Counted from the first letter of the stretch, positions 34,465 through 45,299 are shown. The stretch is 64,000 nt of DNA from Prochlorococcus sp. AG-418-G18 (GCA_003214215.1 QCLX01000001.1:96026-160025); one strand, 5' to 3'. Translations and numbers: made by a program. Notes: generated from the sequence alone by a model not told the origin.

Positions 34465-34893
34465 GTGAGTGAAAACATTCAACCAGCCTCTGAGGAAAAC
34501 AAAATAGTTGAAGACTTTGAGAAAGAAAAACTTTCTGAAAACTCATCAGGAGAAAATATTGAACAACCTATCCTTAATTTAGAACAAAATAGATTCGAAT
34601 GTAGAAGTTGTGGATACATTTATGATCCGTCTGAAGGTAATAAAAAATTAAACATTCCTAAAAATACGCCTTTCTCAGAGTTGGATGGTAATACCTTTGC
34701 TTGCCCTGTTTGCCGAGCTGGGAAAAATTTTTATAAGGATATAGGTCCTAAATCTAAACCTAGTGGTTTTGAAGAAAATTTAGTTTATGGGTTTGGTTTT
34801 AATAGTTTACCCCCTGGACAAAAAAACATATTGATTTTTGGAGGGCTGGCTTTTGCTGCTGCTATGTTCCTTTCTTTGTACTCCTTGCATTAA
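34465..34893 (+). CDS. rubA: Membrane-anchored rubredoxin RubA
   Basis: CRSCGYIY and CPVC, C-terminal TM; conserved order rubA-ycf48-psbE. Confidence 0.93.
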   Translation: MSENIQPASEENKIVEDFEKEKLSENSSGENIEQPILNLEQNRFECRSCGYIYDPSEGNKKLNIPKNTPFSELDGNTFACPVCRAGKNFYKDIGPKSKPSGFEENLVYGFGFNSLPPGQKNILIFGGLAFAAAMFLSLYSLH

Positions 34894-34902
34894 TATATAC
34901 AA

Positions 34903-35919
34903 ATGAAAAAAATTATTACTAGTATTCCCAATCTTCTTTTATCTATTCTTCTTTGTTTTGTATTGAGCAGTTGTTCATCTACGGGAGTAAAGATGAGTGA
35001 TAGCAGCCCTTGGAAAACAATTCAGTTTGAGGACCAGTCTAATGCTTTAGATGTTGATTTTATAGACGATAAAAATGGATTTTTAGTTGGTTCTAATAGA
35101 CTTATTATGGAATCTAATGATGGAGGAGAAACTTGGGAAAAAAGAAATTTAGATTTACCAAGTGAAGAGAATTTCCGTCTTCTAGATATTGATTTTAAAG
35201 GTGAAGAGGGATGGTTAATAGGACAGCCTTCATTAGTTATGCATACACTTGATGCGGGAAAGAATTGGACACGTTTATCTTTAGGTAACAAATTACCAGG
35301 CCAACCATTTCTAATAACGACTGTCGATGCTGGTGTCGCAGAATTGGCTACCACTGCAGGTGCTATTTATGAAACATCAGATAGTGGTGAATCATGGAAT
35401 GCAAAAGTTGTAGACGCATCTGGTTCTGGAGGTGTAAGAGATTTAAGAAGAACTAATAAAGGAGATTATGTCAGCGTAAGTAGTCTGGGTAATTTCTTTT
35501 CTACTTTGGAAAAGGATAGTGATGCATGGATAGCTCATCAAAGAGCCAGTAGCAAAAGAGTTCAAAGTATTGGTTTTAACCCAGAAGGAAGTTTATGGAT
35601 GCTTTCAAGAGGAGCGGAAATTAGATTTAATGAAGATACTAATGATCTAGAAAATTGGTCAAAGCCTATTATACCAATTCTTAATGGATACAACTATCTA
35701 GATATGGGATGGGATCCAAATGGTGATATATGGGCTGGCGGGGGCAATGGAACTTTAATTGTAAGTAAAGATCAAGGTAAAACTTGGAATAAAGATCCTA
35801 TTGCTTCTGAATTGCCAACAAACTACATTAAAATAGTTTTTCTTGATAAGGAGGCTTTTGATAATCAAAAAGGATTTGTACTTGGCGAGCGTGGTTATAT
35901 CCTTAAATGGAATAGCTAA
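34903..35919 (+). CDS. ycf48: PSII assembly factor Ycf48 (lipoprotein)
   Basis: Lipobox LSSC, S.DGG.TW repeats, synteny with psbEFLJ. Confidence 0.95.
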   Translation: MKKIITSIPNLLLSILLCFVLSSCSSTGVKMSDSSPWKTIQFEDQSNALDVDFIDDKNGFLVGSNRLIMESNDGGETWEKRNLDLPSEENFRLLDIDFKGEEGWLIGQPSLVMHTLDAGKNWTRLSLGNKLPGQPFLITTVDAGVAELATTAGAIYETSDSGESWNAKVVDASGSGGVRDLRRTNKGDYVSVSSLGNFFSTLEKDSDAWIAHQRASSKRVQSIGFNPEGSLWMLSRGAEIRFNEDTNDLENWSKPIIPILNGYNYLDMGWDPNGDIWAGGGNGTLIVSKDQGKTWNKDPIASELPTNYIKIVFLDKEAFDNQKGFVLGERGYILKWNS

Positions 35920-36055
35920 CTTTGAATAACTTGAGTTAATAGTAAAAAAAAAATTAATTTTTGAAAGATTTAGCAACTGTCTGTAACCAACCTGTTAATT
36001 TCTTCGCGAACTTATGATTTTACACTGTAAGATCATAGGGTAAACATTTGTGATT

Positions 36056-36304
36056 ATGGCCGCAGGTTCAACGGGTGAACGCCCATTCTTTGAAATAATC
36101 ACCAGTATTAGATACTGGATTATTCATGCAGTAACATTACCAGCTATCTTTATAGCAGGCTTCTTATTTGTATATACAGGCTTAGCCTACGATGCTTTCG
36201 GAACTCCTAGACCAGATAGTTATTTCCAATCATCTGAATCTAAAGCGCCTGTTGTAACACAAAGATATGAAGCCAAATCTCAACTAGATTTAAGAACAAA
36301 ATAA
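36056..36304 (+). CDS. psbE: Cytochrome b559 alpha subunit
   Basis: [19 protein letters not shown]; [10 protein letters not shown]. Confidence 0.98.
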
Positions 36305-36306
36305 CA

Positions 36307-36453
36307 ATGACTAATTCTCAAGCTCCAATGCAGGCTGCGGAAGTCCGCGTTTATCCTATATTTACTGTTCGTTGGTTAGCAGTTCACGCTCTAGCTATTC
36401 CATCAGTATTCTTTTTAGGTTCTATTGCTGCTATGCAATTCGTAGCCCGATAA
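36307..36453 (+). CDS. psbF: Cytochrome b559 beta subunit (not in ORF track)
   Basis: Hand translation [48 protein letters not shown]. Confidence 0.97.
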
Positions 36454-36464
36454 ATTTAACTATC

Positions 36465-36584
36465 ATGCAAGTAAACGAAAATCCTAACAAAGTTCCAGTT
36501 GAACTTAATCGTACAAGCCTTTATTTAGGCTTATTATCAGTCTTTGTATTGGGAATTTTATTTTCCAGTTACTTTTTCAATTAA
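36465..36584 (+). CDS. psbL: Photosystem II protein L
   Basis: [32 protein letters not shown]; start ATG 36465. Confidence 0.97.
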
Positions 36585-36593
36585 ATTAAAATC

Positions 36594-36791
36594 ATGAGTA
36601 AATTAAAAGGACCTGATGGAAGAATTCCAGATAGACTTCCAGACGGTAGACCAGCAGTTGCATGGGAAAGAAGATGGACTGAAGGAACTCTTCCTTTATG
36701 GCTTGTTGCTACAGCAGGTGGAATTGCAGTTATCTTCGTTTTAGGAATATTCTTCTATGGTTCATACCAAGGCGTTGGAGCTGGAGGCTAA
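36594..36791 (+). CDS. psbJ: Photosystem II protein J (N-terminally extended marine form)
   Basis: [18 protein letters not shown]. Confidence 0.96.
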   Translation: MSKLKGPDGRIPDRLPDGRPAVAWERRWTEGTLPLWLVATAGGIAVIFVLGIFFYGSYQGVGAGG

Positions 36792-36834
36792 CAAGTCGTT
36801 ACCTCGACCTTATAATCACTTATATCAAACAAGC

Positions 36835-37728
36835 CTAATAAGAATCAGTAAATATCCTTAGTTTCTCGTTTGTGGAGCTTGGGATATTTTTTTTTGGGGT
36901 TATCAATCCATCTTTTAATGAAAAATGAGACTTACTTTTTGGTCTTTCTTTTTCAATTAACTTAGCTACTTCTAATATTATTTTATTAGCCACTTCAGTA
37001 TTTGATCTAAGATTTTCCAAAACCATCTCTACAGAAACTTCTTGATGAGTTTGATGCCAGCAATCATAATCAGTAACCATAGATAAGGAGGAGTAAGCTA
37101 TTTCAGCTTCTTTAGCTAATCTTGCTTCTGTGTGGTTAGTCATTCCAATTATTGAACATCCCCAACTTCTATATAAATTAGATTCTGCTCTAGTTGAAAA
37201 AGCGGGACCTTCCATTGCTAGATAAGTACCCCCTCTATGCAATTGTCTACCGCCAGGAATATTTTTTTCTCCGATTTCGCTTAATATCCGTGATAAATTT
37301 GTGCAGAAGGGATCTCCCATAGTTACGTGAGCAACAGCTCCCTCGTTAAAGAATGTTGCAGGTCTATTTTTTGTCCGGTCTATAAATTGATCTGGAACCA
37401 CTATATCAAGTGGCCTTATCTGTTCTTGTAATGAGCCAACTGCTGATGGAGCAATAATCCATCTTACTCCTATCGATCTTAGAGCCCAAATATTAGCTTT
37501 GTAAGGGATTTCAGAAGGATTTAAACTATGTGTCCTACCATGTCTAGGGATGAATGCTATCTCTAGGTTTCCAAGATTATATACTTTTATGGAATCAGAA
37601 GGTTTACCATAGGGAGTATTGATTTCTAGTTCTTTTAAGTACTCTATTTGATCCATTGAATAAAATCCACTTCCACCAATCACCCCTAATCTTGATTTTT
37701 CAATTGGTAATAAATGTTCTTTATTCAT
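36835..37728 (-). CDS. mtnP: S-methyl-5'-thioadenosine phosphorylase
   Basis: GVIGGSG, RHGR.H, EGPAFSTRAES, VTDYDCW. Confidence 0.95.
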   Translation of the reverse strand: MNKEHLLPIEKSRLGVIGGSGFYSMDQIEYLKELEINTPYGKPSDSIKVYNLGNLEIAFIPRHGRTHSLNPSEIPYKANIWALRSIGVRWIIAPSAVGSLQEQIRPLDIVVPDQFIDRTKNRPATFFNEGAVAHVTMGDPFCTNLSRILSEIGEKNIPGGRQLHRGGTYLAMEGPAFSTRAESNLYRSWGCSIIGMTNHTEARLAKEAEIAYSSLSMVTDYDCWHQTHQEVSVEMVLENLRSNTEVANKIILEVAKLIEKERPKSKSHFSLKDGLITPKKNIPSSTNEKLRIFTDSY

Positions 37729-37738
37729 AGTGATGTAA

Positions 37739-39910
37739 ATGACTTTTAATCATCTGGTACTAATTGGAGGAGGGCACTCAAATGTTTCTTTATTGAAGAA
37801 ATGGTTAATGTGTCCGAAATTAATGCCAGAAATTCCTGTTTCAATTATATCTAGAGATTCTCATTTGGTTTATTCGGCGATATTCCCATCGGTGATTTCA
37901 AAATCAATCAATTTAGAAGAAAGTTTAATTGATATAAAATCTTTAGCAAAAAATGCAAAAGTATCTTTTATAGAAGATGAAGTAAAGGATATTGATTTCA
38001 ATTTAAAGAAAATTGTTTTAAATAATAGACCTTCAGTTAATTTTTCGAAGTTGGTGCTTAATTATGGAAGTCAAACAAAAATTCCAAAAGAATTTGAATC
38101 ACTAATTAAAAATCGAAATGCTTTTTCAATTAAACCTTTTTTAAGTGCTTATGACTCAATACAAAAAGAGGACATTTTTGATTCAGTTAATGAACTTCCA
38201 TTTGTAATTGTTGGGAGTGGCCTTGCTGCAATTGAAGTATCATATGCTTTGAGAAAAAGATGGAGAGATAGACCTTTAAAACTATTATGTGATTCAAGAA
38301 AAATTAATAATACAATTCTAAAAAGTTTACGGAATTCCAATATTGATTTAGTTGAAAAACTTAATTTTGATTATGGCAAGATTCTTTTATGTACTGGAAA
38401 TACATCTCCGTTATGGGCACAAAAAAAATTATTAGATTTGGATTCTCATGGCAGAATAATCACAAATAAAAATTTGCAGATAAAAAATTCCCCTGGAATC
38501 TTTGCTGTCGGTGATTGCGCAGTTGTAGGCTCAGCAAAAAGACCAGCATCGGGAGTTTTTGCAGTAAAAGTTGTAAATACATTAGTCCAAAATCTAAAAA
38601 AAGATATAGAAGGAAGATTATTAAACAAGTGGTTTCCTCAAAGGATCGGATTGCAAATAGTAAATATATTTCCAAGCAATCATCCAAAGGCTTTTGCTAT
38701 TTATCGCAATTTTGTTTTCGGCCCTTCTTTTCTTTTTTGGATTTTAAAGTATAAGATTGATCTCAACTTTATTAAAAAGTTCAGATCAAAAAGGCTAATT
38801 ATGAAAAGTAGTGAAAAAAATATTTCATTGAATGATTGCAGAGGATGTGCAGCTAAAATACCTCAGTTTGTTTTGAATAAATCATTAATAAAATCTAATT
38901 TAAATTCTTTTGCCTCATCACCTGAAGATTCAGTTGAGATATATCAAAATGGTCAAGATATTATTTTGCAAAGTGTAGATGGATTTCCTGCTTTGGTAAG
39001 TGATCCTTGGCTTAATGCAAAAATTACTACTTTGCATGCTTGCTCAGATTTGTGGGCATGCGGAGCAAAACTTTCATCCGCGCAGGCTTTAATTTCATTA
39101 CCAAAAGTTGAAAGGGAGTTTCAGAGTTACCTCTTTTCTCAATCCCTTCAAGGGATTAAATCAACAGTTGAGGATCATGTAGGTGAATTACTAGGAGGCC
39201 ATACTTTCGAGTCAAGAAGTTTAGTAAATAAACCTTATTCATTAGGAATAGATATTTCTTTAGCAGTTCAAGGCATTTTAAAAAATGGAGCAAAACCATG
39301 GCTTAAATCTGGAATGAATAACGGAGATATTCTCATGATGTCTAGACCTCTGGGTGTTGGGATTTACTTTGCAGGTCAAATGCAAAATATTAATATGCTA
39401 GGTAGTTCTTCTGAAATAATTAATAATTTAGTAAAGAGTCAGCAATATTTGATTGATGAAATTTATCTTTTTCAAGATCAATTTAAAGAATCATTAGTCA
39501 ATGCTGCCACTGACATCACTGGATATGGCTTTATTGGACATCTTAAAGAGATGGTTGAATCATCTAATTTATATAGGCAAAGAAATAATCTTGAGCCACT
39601 AAAAGTTTTATTAGATTTATTTGCATTTAAAGCTTATCCTGGAGTATTTGATTTAATAAGAAAAGATGTTAAAAGTACTTTATTCGAATCTAATAAAGAA
39701 ATTTTTGACAAAATTTATAAAGGAAATAAGCAAAAAAGAATAATTAATTTTTTAAACGAAAATTCATTAGATCAAGAGACTTTTAACGAGAGAATATCAT
39801 TACTGTTAGATCCTCAAACATGTGGCCCCTTGTTGATTAGTTGCAATCGTAAATATGAAAATGTTCTAAAGGATAAATGGTACAAGGTTGGAGAAGTTGT
39901 AAAAATGTAA
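37739..39910 (+). CDS. selD: Selenide, water dikinase SelD fused to an N-terminal FAD-dependent oxidoreductase domain
   Basis: N-terminal LIGGGH and FAVGDCA; C-terminal GCAAK, QSVDGF, GGHT, TDITGYG..GH, DPQTCGPLL. Confidence 0.88.
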   Translation: MTFNHLVLIGGGHSNVSLLKKWLMCPKLMPEIPVSIISRDSHLVYSAIFPSVISKSINLEESLIDIKSLAKNAKVSFIEDEVKDIDFNLKKIVLNNRPSVNFSKLVLNYGSQTKIPKEFESLIKNRNAFSIKPFLSAYDSIQKEDIFDSVNELPFVIVGSGLAAIEVSYALRKRWRDRPLKLLCDSRKINNTILKSLRNSNIDLVEKLNFDYGKILLCTGNTSPLWAQKKLLDLDSHGRIITNKNLQIKNSPGIFAVGDCAVVGSAKRPASGVFAVKVVNTLVQNLKKDIEGRLLNKWFPQRIGLQIVNIFPSNHPKAFAIYRNFVFGPSFLFWILKYKIDLNFIKKFRSKRLIMKSSEKNISLNDCRGCAAKIPQFVLNKSLIKSNLNSFASSPEDSVEIYQNGQDIILQSVDGFPALVSDPWLNAKITTLHACSDLWACGAKLSSAQALISLPKVEREFQSYLFSQSLQGIKSTVEDHVGELLGGHTFESRSLVNKPYSLGIDISLAVQGILKNGAKPWLKSGMNNGDILMMSRPLGVGIYFAGQMQNINMLGSSSEIINNLVKSQQYLIDEIYLFQDQFKESLVNAATDITGYGFIGHLKEMVESSNLYRQRNNLEPLKVLLDLFAFKAYPGVFDLIRKDVKSTLFESNKEIFDKIYKGNKQKRIINFLNENSLDQETFNERISLLLDPQTCGPLLISCNRKYENVLKDKWYKVGEVVKM

Positions 39911-41158
39911 TTAATTTCTATTTAATTTGTCAATTTCCAAATATCTTAATCTTTTGATTTCCTTTCCCATTTCCTTCCCTGGATCCCATCCTTCTTTTTT
40001 TAATGTTTCTCCATTTTTTTTTGATTTTATGAATTTGTAAATAAATAACCACTTAAACAATTTTCGCCAGTATGGTCCTCCATCACAAATTAATAATTTG
40101 ATTGTCTCATCATTAAGGTTTCTGTCCTCAATAAATTCTGTCCAACTTGATGGAGAAAAATGATTGAATTTTTTTTGGTTGGTATTGAATATCTTTTTGA
40201 TTTTTAAATAATCTTCTAATATTTTTATCTCACTATTGTTTACCAAAAATCTTTGACATGCTGTTTCTAAATCTTCTGAATCTTTTAATAAGTAAAGAAT
40301 ATGATTTCCCTTTAACTTCTTCATCCAACTTAGACCTCTCAAAAACTTTTTATCAACTTTAATATTTTCATTTAAGATTGAGATGATTTCCCATTTATGA
40401 ATTATCGAAATTACATTAGTCAAATTATCGTGTTTGCATATTTCAGCTAGTTCCATCCTTATTCGTATGCCTAGTGCAGGAGGAAAAATAATTTTCTTAT
40501 GAGTTTCTGAACTTTTCCATGGCCATTGTCTAATTGTTTCTTGAGATTGTTTGAGGGAATGATTTGAAATATTGAAATCTAACCTTGAAGCATACTTTGC
40601 ACATCTAATTAATCTACTAGGATCATCTGAAATACTATTACTGTGAAGTAAGTTCAATCTTTTACTTTTTATATCAGAAATTCCTCCATAAAGATCATAG
40701 ATTTTCCTTGTCGAGACCTCGAAAGCTATTGAATTTATAGTGAAATCTCTCCTCTTAAGATCCTCCTCTATAGTACTTTTTTTGACTGTGGGATTTAAGC
40801 CTGGAGCAGAATAAATTTCTTTTCTTGCAGAAGCAATATCAATTTTATAGTCATTTATATTTATTTCTACAGTGTTGTACAAATTAAATTCTTTGATTAA
40901 ACATAAATCTACATTTACAATATTTTTTTTTATAAATTTTGCCAAAGAAATAGAGGAGCCTTCAATAACAAGATCAATATCTACAGGTTTAGAAAACGAT
41001 TTTTTGTGGAATTTACTAATTAATAAATCTCTTAAATAACCGCCAACAAAAGCTACTTTAGTATTGCTATTAGATTCTATGTATTTAGCAATTAGGTTAT
41101 ATAGATTAAATGGAGTTTTGATTAATTCCCCTTGGATGTAATCAGAGATATCGTTCAT
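39911..41158 (-). CDS. Class II tRNA nucleotidyltransferase (CCA- or A-adding)
   Basis: VGGYLRD..DID, DLKRRDFTIN, DDPSR. Confidence 0.88.
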   Translation of the reverse strand: MNDISDYIQGELIKTPFNLYNLIAKYIESNSNTKVAFVGGYLRDLLISKFHKKSFSKPVDIDLVIEGSSISLAKFIKKNIVNVDLCLIKEFNLYNTVEININDYKIDIASARKEIYSAPGLNPTVKKSTIEEDLKRRDFTINSIAFEVSTRKIYDLYGGISDIKSKRLNLLHSNSISDDPSRLIRCAKYASRLDFNISNHSLKQSQETIRQWPWKSSETHKKIIFPPALGIRIRMELAEICKHDNLTNVISIIHKWEIISILNENIKVDKKFLRGLSWMKKLKGNHILYLLKDSEDLETACQRFLVNNSEIKILEDYLKIKKIFNTNQKKFNHFSPSSWTEFIEDRNLNDETIKLLICDGGPYWRKLFKWLFIYKFIKSKKNGETLKKEGWDPGKEMGKEIKRLRYLEIDKLNRN

Positions 41159-41163
41159 GAGTT

Positions 41164-43572
41164 TTAACTTACATAACGAATTGGAGCTAATCTGGGGTCT
41201 AGAATTTTACTTCCTTTATCACCAAATTTTACTGCTAAAGATATTTTTTCCCCACTCCCAAAAATATGTATGATTTCACCTTTCCCAAATTTTGAGTGAA
41301 TTAGCTTATCTCCAACTATCCAGCTTTTCCCTTTACTAGGCCCTGAATATAATTTCCTTACTGCATTTATTGGTTTGTTAACAAATTCATTTGGATTGTT
41401 TCGATCAACTCTAGTTAAACGATCAAGATGCCAATCTCTTTTAATTGAAGCACCACCTGTTTGTGGTAATTCGCCATCCATTAAATCTTCAGGTATTTCT
41501 GAAAGAAATATTGAAGGAATTGTTGCTTCACGCATTCCACCCCATAATCTTCTTTCTCTCGCATGACTTAAGAAAACTCTTTCTTTAGCTCTAGTAATAC
41601 CTACATAGCATAATCTTCTTTCCTCTTCAAGAAGTGAGGGAGTATCTATTGATCTATGGCTAGGGAAAAGACCTTGTTCTAGCCCAGTGATAAAAACATT
41701 TTGAAATTCTAAACCTTTACTATTGTGCAGAGTCATCAGAGTTACAGAGTTGGGATTATTATTCTTCATATCATTATCAGTTGTTAAGGCTGCTGTAGAA
41801 AGAAATCCCTCTACATCTCCACTTTCTGTTTCTTCTTCATATTGAGTAGCTGCATTTATTAGTTCTTGTAAGTTATTTCTTCTGTCTTCAGATTCTTCAG
41901 TCCCACTAGAGAGCAAGTCACTTAAATAACCACTTTTTTCTAATATAAGTTGTAGTAGTTGAGCAGGGCCTGAATTTTCTAGGTAACAAAGTAGATCATT
42001 CATAACTTCAGTAAATTTATTTATTCCTTTTGATGATCGGCCTATTGTTTCTTCAAGACTTTGCTTATCATTAAGAACCTCCCATATTGGGATATTTAAC
42101 CTATTAGATAGGTCATTAAGTTTCTGAATAGTAGTCTTACCAATCCCTCTTCTAGGAACATTTATGATTCGTAAAAGACTAACGTTATCTGAAGAATTAA
42201 CGAGAACTTTCAAATATGCTATTGCATCTTTAATTTCTCTTCTATCATAAAAACGCAATCCTCCAAAAATTGTATAAGGAATGCGCCACCTTACAAGAGA
42301 TTCTTCTAATACTCTTGATTGAGCTCTCGTTCGATATAAAATTGCAAAATTTTTCCAAATTGGTTTCTGATTAATATTGTTTAGTGATTTAATTTTATTG
42401 GTAATTGCTTCTGCCTCGGAAATTTCATCATCACAGCTGAGTAACTTTAAAAGTTCCCCTTTTTCTTTAGTAGCCTTTAAAACCTTGTCAATTCTTTCAG
42501 AGTTGTTTTCAATTAGTGAGTTTGCAGCATCAAGGATATTAGAAGATGACCTATAATTTTCTTCTAATTTAATTAAAGATGATTTTGTATCTTCGTTGAA
42601 TGAAGTTTTAAAATCTTCTTGAAAACCAATTAGAATTCTGAAGTCAGCTGCTCTGAAGCTATAAATACTTTGATCAGCATCCCCAACTACAAAAATTGAC
42701 CGATCTTCCCAATTGAAAAATTTTTTTGGTTCAGTATTTCCAGCCGTAATTAATTTTATAAGTTCATATTGTGTTCTATTTGTATCTTGATATTCGTCAA
42801 TTAAAATATGTTTAAATCTTTTGTGCCAGTAATCTCTGACTATATCATTTTGCCTCAATAAGAAAACAGGCAAAAGTAGAAGATCATCAAAGTCTAAAGA
42901 ATTATTTTTTGAGAGCGAAATTCTATATCTCTTGTAGGCTTCTGCAACTGTTTTATCAAAATTATTATCTGCTTTTTCTAAAAGATCATTAGAAGTTAAG
43001 CATTGATTTTTAGCATTACTTATTAATCTTTTAATCTTTTTGGGATCATATCTTTTTGGGTCAAGATTCATATCTTGACTGATAATTTCTTTTACTAATG
43101 TTTGAGAATCTGTTTCATCGTAAATTGAAAATTGCCTTGTCCATTTTAGGCCTTCTGGATCAGTATATTTTTCAATATCGTATCTCAGAAGTCTTGAAAA
43201 TAAAGAATGGAAAGTACCGATCCAAAGGTTCTGAAGCCTCTCTTGGTAAACGTTTGTTCTTAATTGATTTTGATCAATTTCTTTGAGAGTTGTCCAAGGC
43301 TGACCAAATTGATTAAAAGCTAATTCTTGGGCCAGAAGAACTTCTAATCTTGCTTTCATTTCTTTAGCAGCCTTATTAGTAAAAGTGACTGCAAGAATGT
43401 TATAGGGGTCTATAGAGTTATTTTCAATAAGATTTGCAATTCTGTGAGTAAGCGCTTTTGTTTTTCCGCTACCTGCACCAGCTACAACCAATAGTGGCCC
43501 ATAAATATGTTTTACTGCTTGAAGTTGCTCGTTGTTTAAAGATTTAAAAAGAAAATTGTTAGTTTGAGGCAC
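41164..43572 (-). CDS. uvrD: UvrD/PcrA DNA helicase
   Basis: AGAGSGKT, DEYQDTN, GDADQSIYSFR, EEERRLCYVGITRA. Confidence 0.95.
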   Translation of the reverse strand: MPQTNNFLFKSLNNEQLQAVKHIYGPLLVVAGAGSGKTKALTHRIANLIENNSIDPYNILAVTFTNKAAKEMKARLEVLLAQELAFNQFGQPWTTLKEIDQNQLRTNVYQERLQNLWIGTFHSLFSRLLRYDIEKYTDPEGLKWTRQFSIYDETDSQTLVKEIISQDMNLDPKRYDPKKIKRLISNAKNQCLTSNDLLEKADNNFDKTVAEAYKRYRISLSKNNSLDFDDLLLLPVFLLRQNDIVRDYWHKRFKHILIDEYQDTNRTQYELIKLITAGNTEPKKFFNWEDRSIFVVGDADQSIYSFRAADFRILIGFQEDFKTSFNEDTKSSLIKLEENYRSSSNILDAANSLIENNSERIDKVLKATKEKGELLKLLSCDDEISEAEAITNKIKSLNNINQKPIWKNFAILYRTRAQSRVLEESLVRWRIPYTIFGGLRFYDRREIKDAIAYLKVLVNSSDNVSLLRIINVPRRGIGKTTIQKLNDLSNRLNIPIWEVLNDKQSLEETIGRSSKGINKFTEVMNDLLCYLENSGPAQLLQLILEKSGYLSDLLSSGTEESEDRRNNLQELINAATQYEEETESGDVEGFLSTAALTTDNDMKNNNPNSVTLMTLHNSKGLEFQNVFITGLEQGLFPSHRSIDTPSLLEEERRLCYVGITRAKERVFLSHARERRLWGGMREATIPSIFLSEIPEDLMDGELPQTGGASIKRDWHLDRLTRVDRNNPNEFVNKPINAVRKLYSGPSKGKSWIVGDKLIHSKFGKGEIIHIFGSGEKISLAVKFGDKGSKILDPRLAPIRYVS

Positions 43573-43612
43573 TTTTGGGAGTTTTTTTCAGAAATCAGAC
43601 TTTACTTTGGGA

Positions 43613-43801
43613 TTATGAATCTTTTTCTAGCTGATCTAGCGCTTTTTTTAAATTAATAAGTTCATTATTGTTATTAATTATTTCTTCGAATTTATTTTGA
43701 GGCATTCTTAATTTAATACTTCTATCAAGAATTTCTTTTTCTAATCTCTTTTTGTAAGAGGAAATAATTTTCTTTGATAATATTAAATCTTGCTGATCCA
43801 A
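43613..43801 (-). CDS. Small hypothetical protein
   Basis: 62-aa helical, charged ORF filling the gap upstream of uvrD. Confidence 0.6.
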   Translation of the reverse strand: MDQQDLILSKKIISSYKKRLEKEILDRSIKLRMPQNKFEEIINNNNELINLKKALDQLEKDS

Positions 43802-43978
43802 AACTTTATAAAAATTTATCTTGATTTTAGCGGAAAAAATTTTTTTATTTGAATTATTTCAGCTATCGCTTTGGAATCAAGTTATTAATTAAGAAGAGTT
43901 GCATTAATTTTTAAATTGTATATTTTTTACTAGCTTTATATTATTCTGAATCCTAACTTCAATTTTTTTAATTTAATA

Positions 43979-44491
43979 ATGTCAGTTTCAAAGAATAATC
44001 AACTATTGACCGCTGATGAGAAATTAAATGACTTAAGCAATATTAAAGAATTTATTAATATTGCAAACTCGAGATTAGATGTAATAACCTCAATAACCAA
44101 AAACTCACATGCAATCGCAGCAGATGCTGTAACAGCAATGATTTGCGAAAATCAAGATTCAGTTAATTCAAAAATATCTTTAAATACAACTAATAAGATG
44201 TCAGTTTGTTTGAGAGATGGAGAAATAATTCTAAGGATTGTTGCTTATCTTTTGATTTCCAATGACGAATCAGTTTTAGAAAAAAGTTGTTTAAGGGATC
44301 TTAAAAATACTTATCTTGCTCTTGGAGTACCTTTAAAAAATGCAAGAAGGGTTTTTGAATTAATGCGAGATGCAACCATCTCTGATTTAAGATCTACAGT
44401 TAATAGTATGCAAGGAGAAAAAGGCTTTCTTACCAATTTAATTCATGAAACAGAGTTCCAATTTGAAAGGATCATTACTCTTTTAAACTAG
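43979..44491 (+). CDS. cpeB: Phycoerythrin beta subunit (degenerate high-light Prochlorococcus type)
   Basis: [24 protein letters not shown] phycobiliprotein motifs. Confidence 0.93.
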   Translation: MSVSKNNQLLTADEKLNDLSNIKEFINIANSRLDVITSITKNSHAIAADAVTAMICENQDSVNSKISLNTTNKMSVCLRDGEIILRIVAYLLISNDESVLEKSCLRDLKNTYLALGVPLKNARRVFELMRDATISDLRSTVNSMQGEKGFLTNLIHETEFQFERIITLLN

Positions 44492-45029
44492 ATATATTTC
44501 TTATCTCTGAAGTATGGGACGTTTGTATTACTGAATTATTTTCCTGATTTCTAACAGTAGAAAATCTGGATCTTATATGTGTGGATAAAAAGGAAATTCT
44601 TTCTTCGGAAACTGTTGATTTATAAAAAGTTTTAATGTGTAAATTATTTTGTTTATCAATAAAATAATTTGAAGATGAAATAACGGATTCAGTATAACCT
44701 TTATTTCGTAAGACTATTCCTGAATTTTCATCTTTAGGTAAAAATATCAAGATAGCTTCATCTCCCTCACTTATATTATCTCCTCCTCCCCAATCACTAA
44801 TGGTTTGCCACTTTATAGAGATGGCTATGCCCTCATGTTTTAAATATAATTTATGTTGTTTAAAAATCTCAATTACTTTTGGATTTGTTGAATTGATATG
44901 TTTTATGCGTATTTTACTTGTTGAGTTTTCAAATTCTTGAAAAGCTAAAGTATGAGTACTTCTAATAGATTTCCACTCTCCTACACTATTATCAACAAAT
45001 TGATTAATTGTTGTTAGATTCTTCGTCAA
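44475..45029 (-). CDS. cpeS: Phycobiliprotein lyase CpeS (CpcS/CpeS family)
   Basis: F...S.GEW.S.RS.H.LAF, LR.KGY.E, EERI.F, SEIR; next to cpeB. Confidence 0.88.
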   Translation of the reverse strand: MTKNLTTINQFVDNSVGEWKSIRSTHTLAFQEFENSTSKIRIKHINSTNPKVIEIFKQHKLYLKHEGIAISIKWQTISDWGGGDNISEGDEAILIFLPKDENSGIVLRNKGYTESVISSSNYFIDKQNNLHIKTFYKSTVSEERISFLSTHIRSRFSTVRNQENNSVIQTSHTSEIRNISSLKE

Positions 45030-45183
45030 GTTTATCTTCTACCAAATGATTTTCTGCTTTTTGAATCATTCTTACCATCGAATCCACCATTAATCTCTTT
45101 GCAGAAGTTACTTTTAATCCAGAGGGAGTGGTTGATATTTGTTCTCCAGGGCGATCATATGAAGTTGGTCTAAATGTAGTCAT
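45004..45183 (-). CDS. Small hypothetical protein upstream of cpeS (not in ORF track)
   Basis: Hand translation (59 aa) [59 protein letters not shown]; overlaps the cpeS start. Confidence 0.65.
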   Translation of the reverse strand: MTTFRPTSYDRPGEQISTTPSGLKVTSAKRLMVDSMVRMIQKAENHLVEDKLDEESNNN

Positions 45184-45299
45184 CTAATAACTTTAAAAAT
45201 CAATCGATTTATATTCTTGCATGAATTCTTATTTTATAGTTGTTGTTTGCAAAAATGTTATATCTTTCTTCATTGATTGTAGAGTTATTAAATGTTTTA

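Noticed and set aside
37739-39910. Selenocysteine (UGA) recoding in selD
   Set aside because: The catalytic position is Cys and the ORF has no in-frame TGA.
43918-43930. NtcA-like site upstream of cpeB
   Set aside because: Spacer is 7 nt rather than 8.
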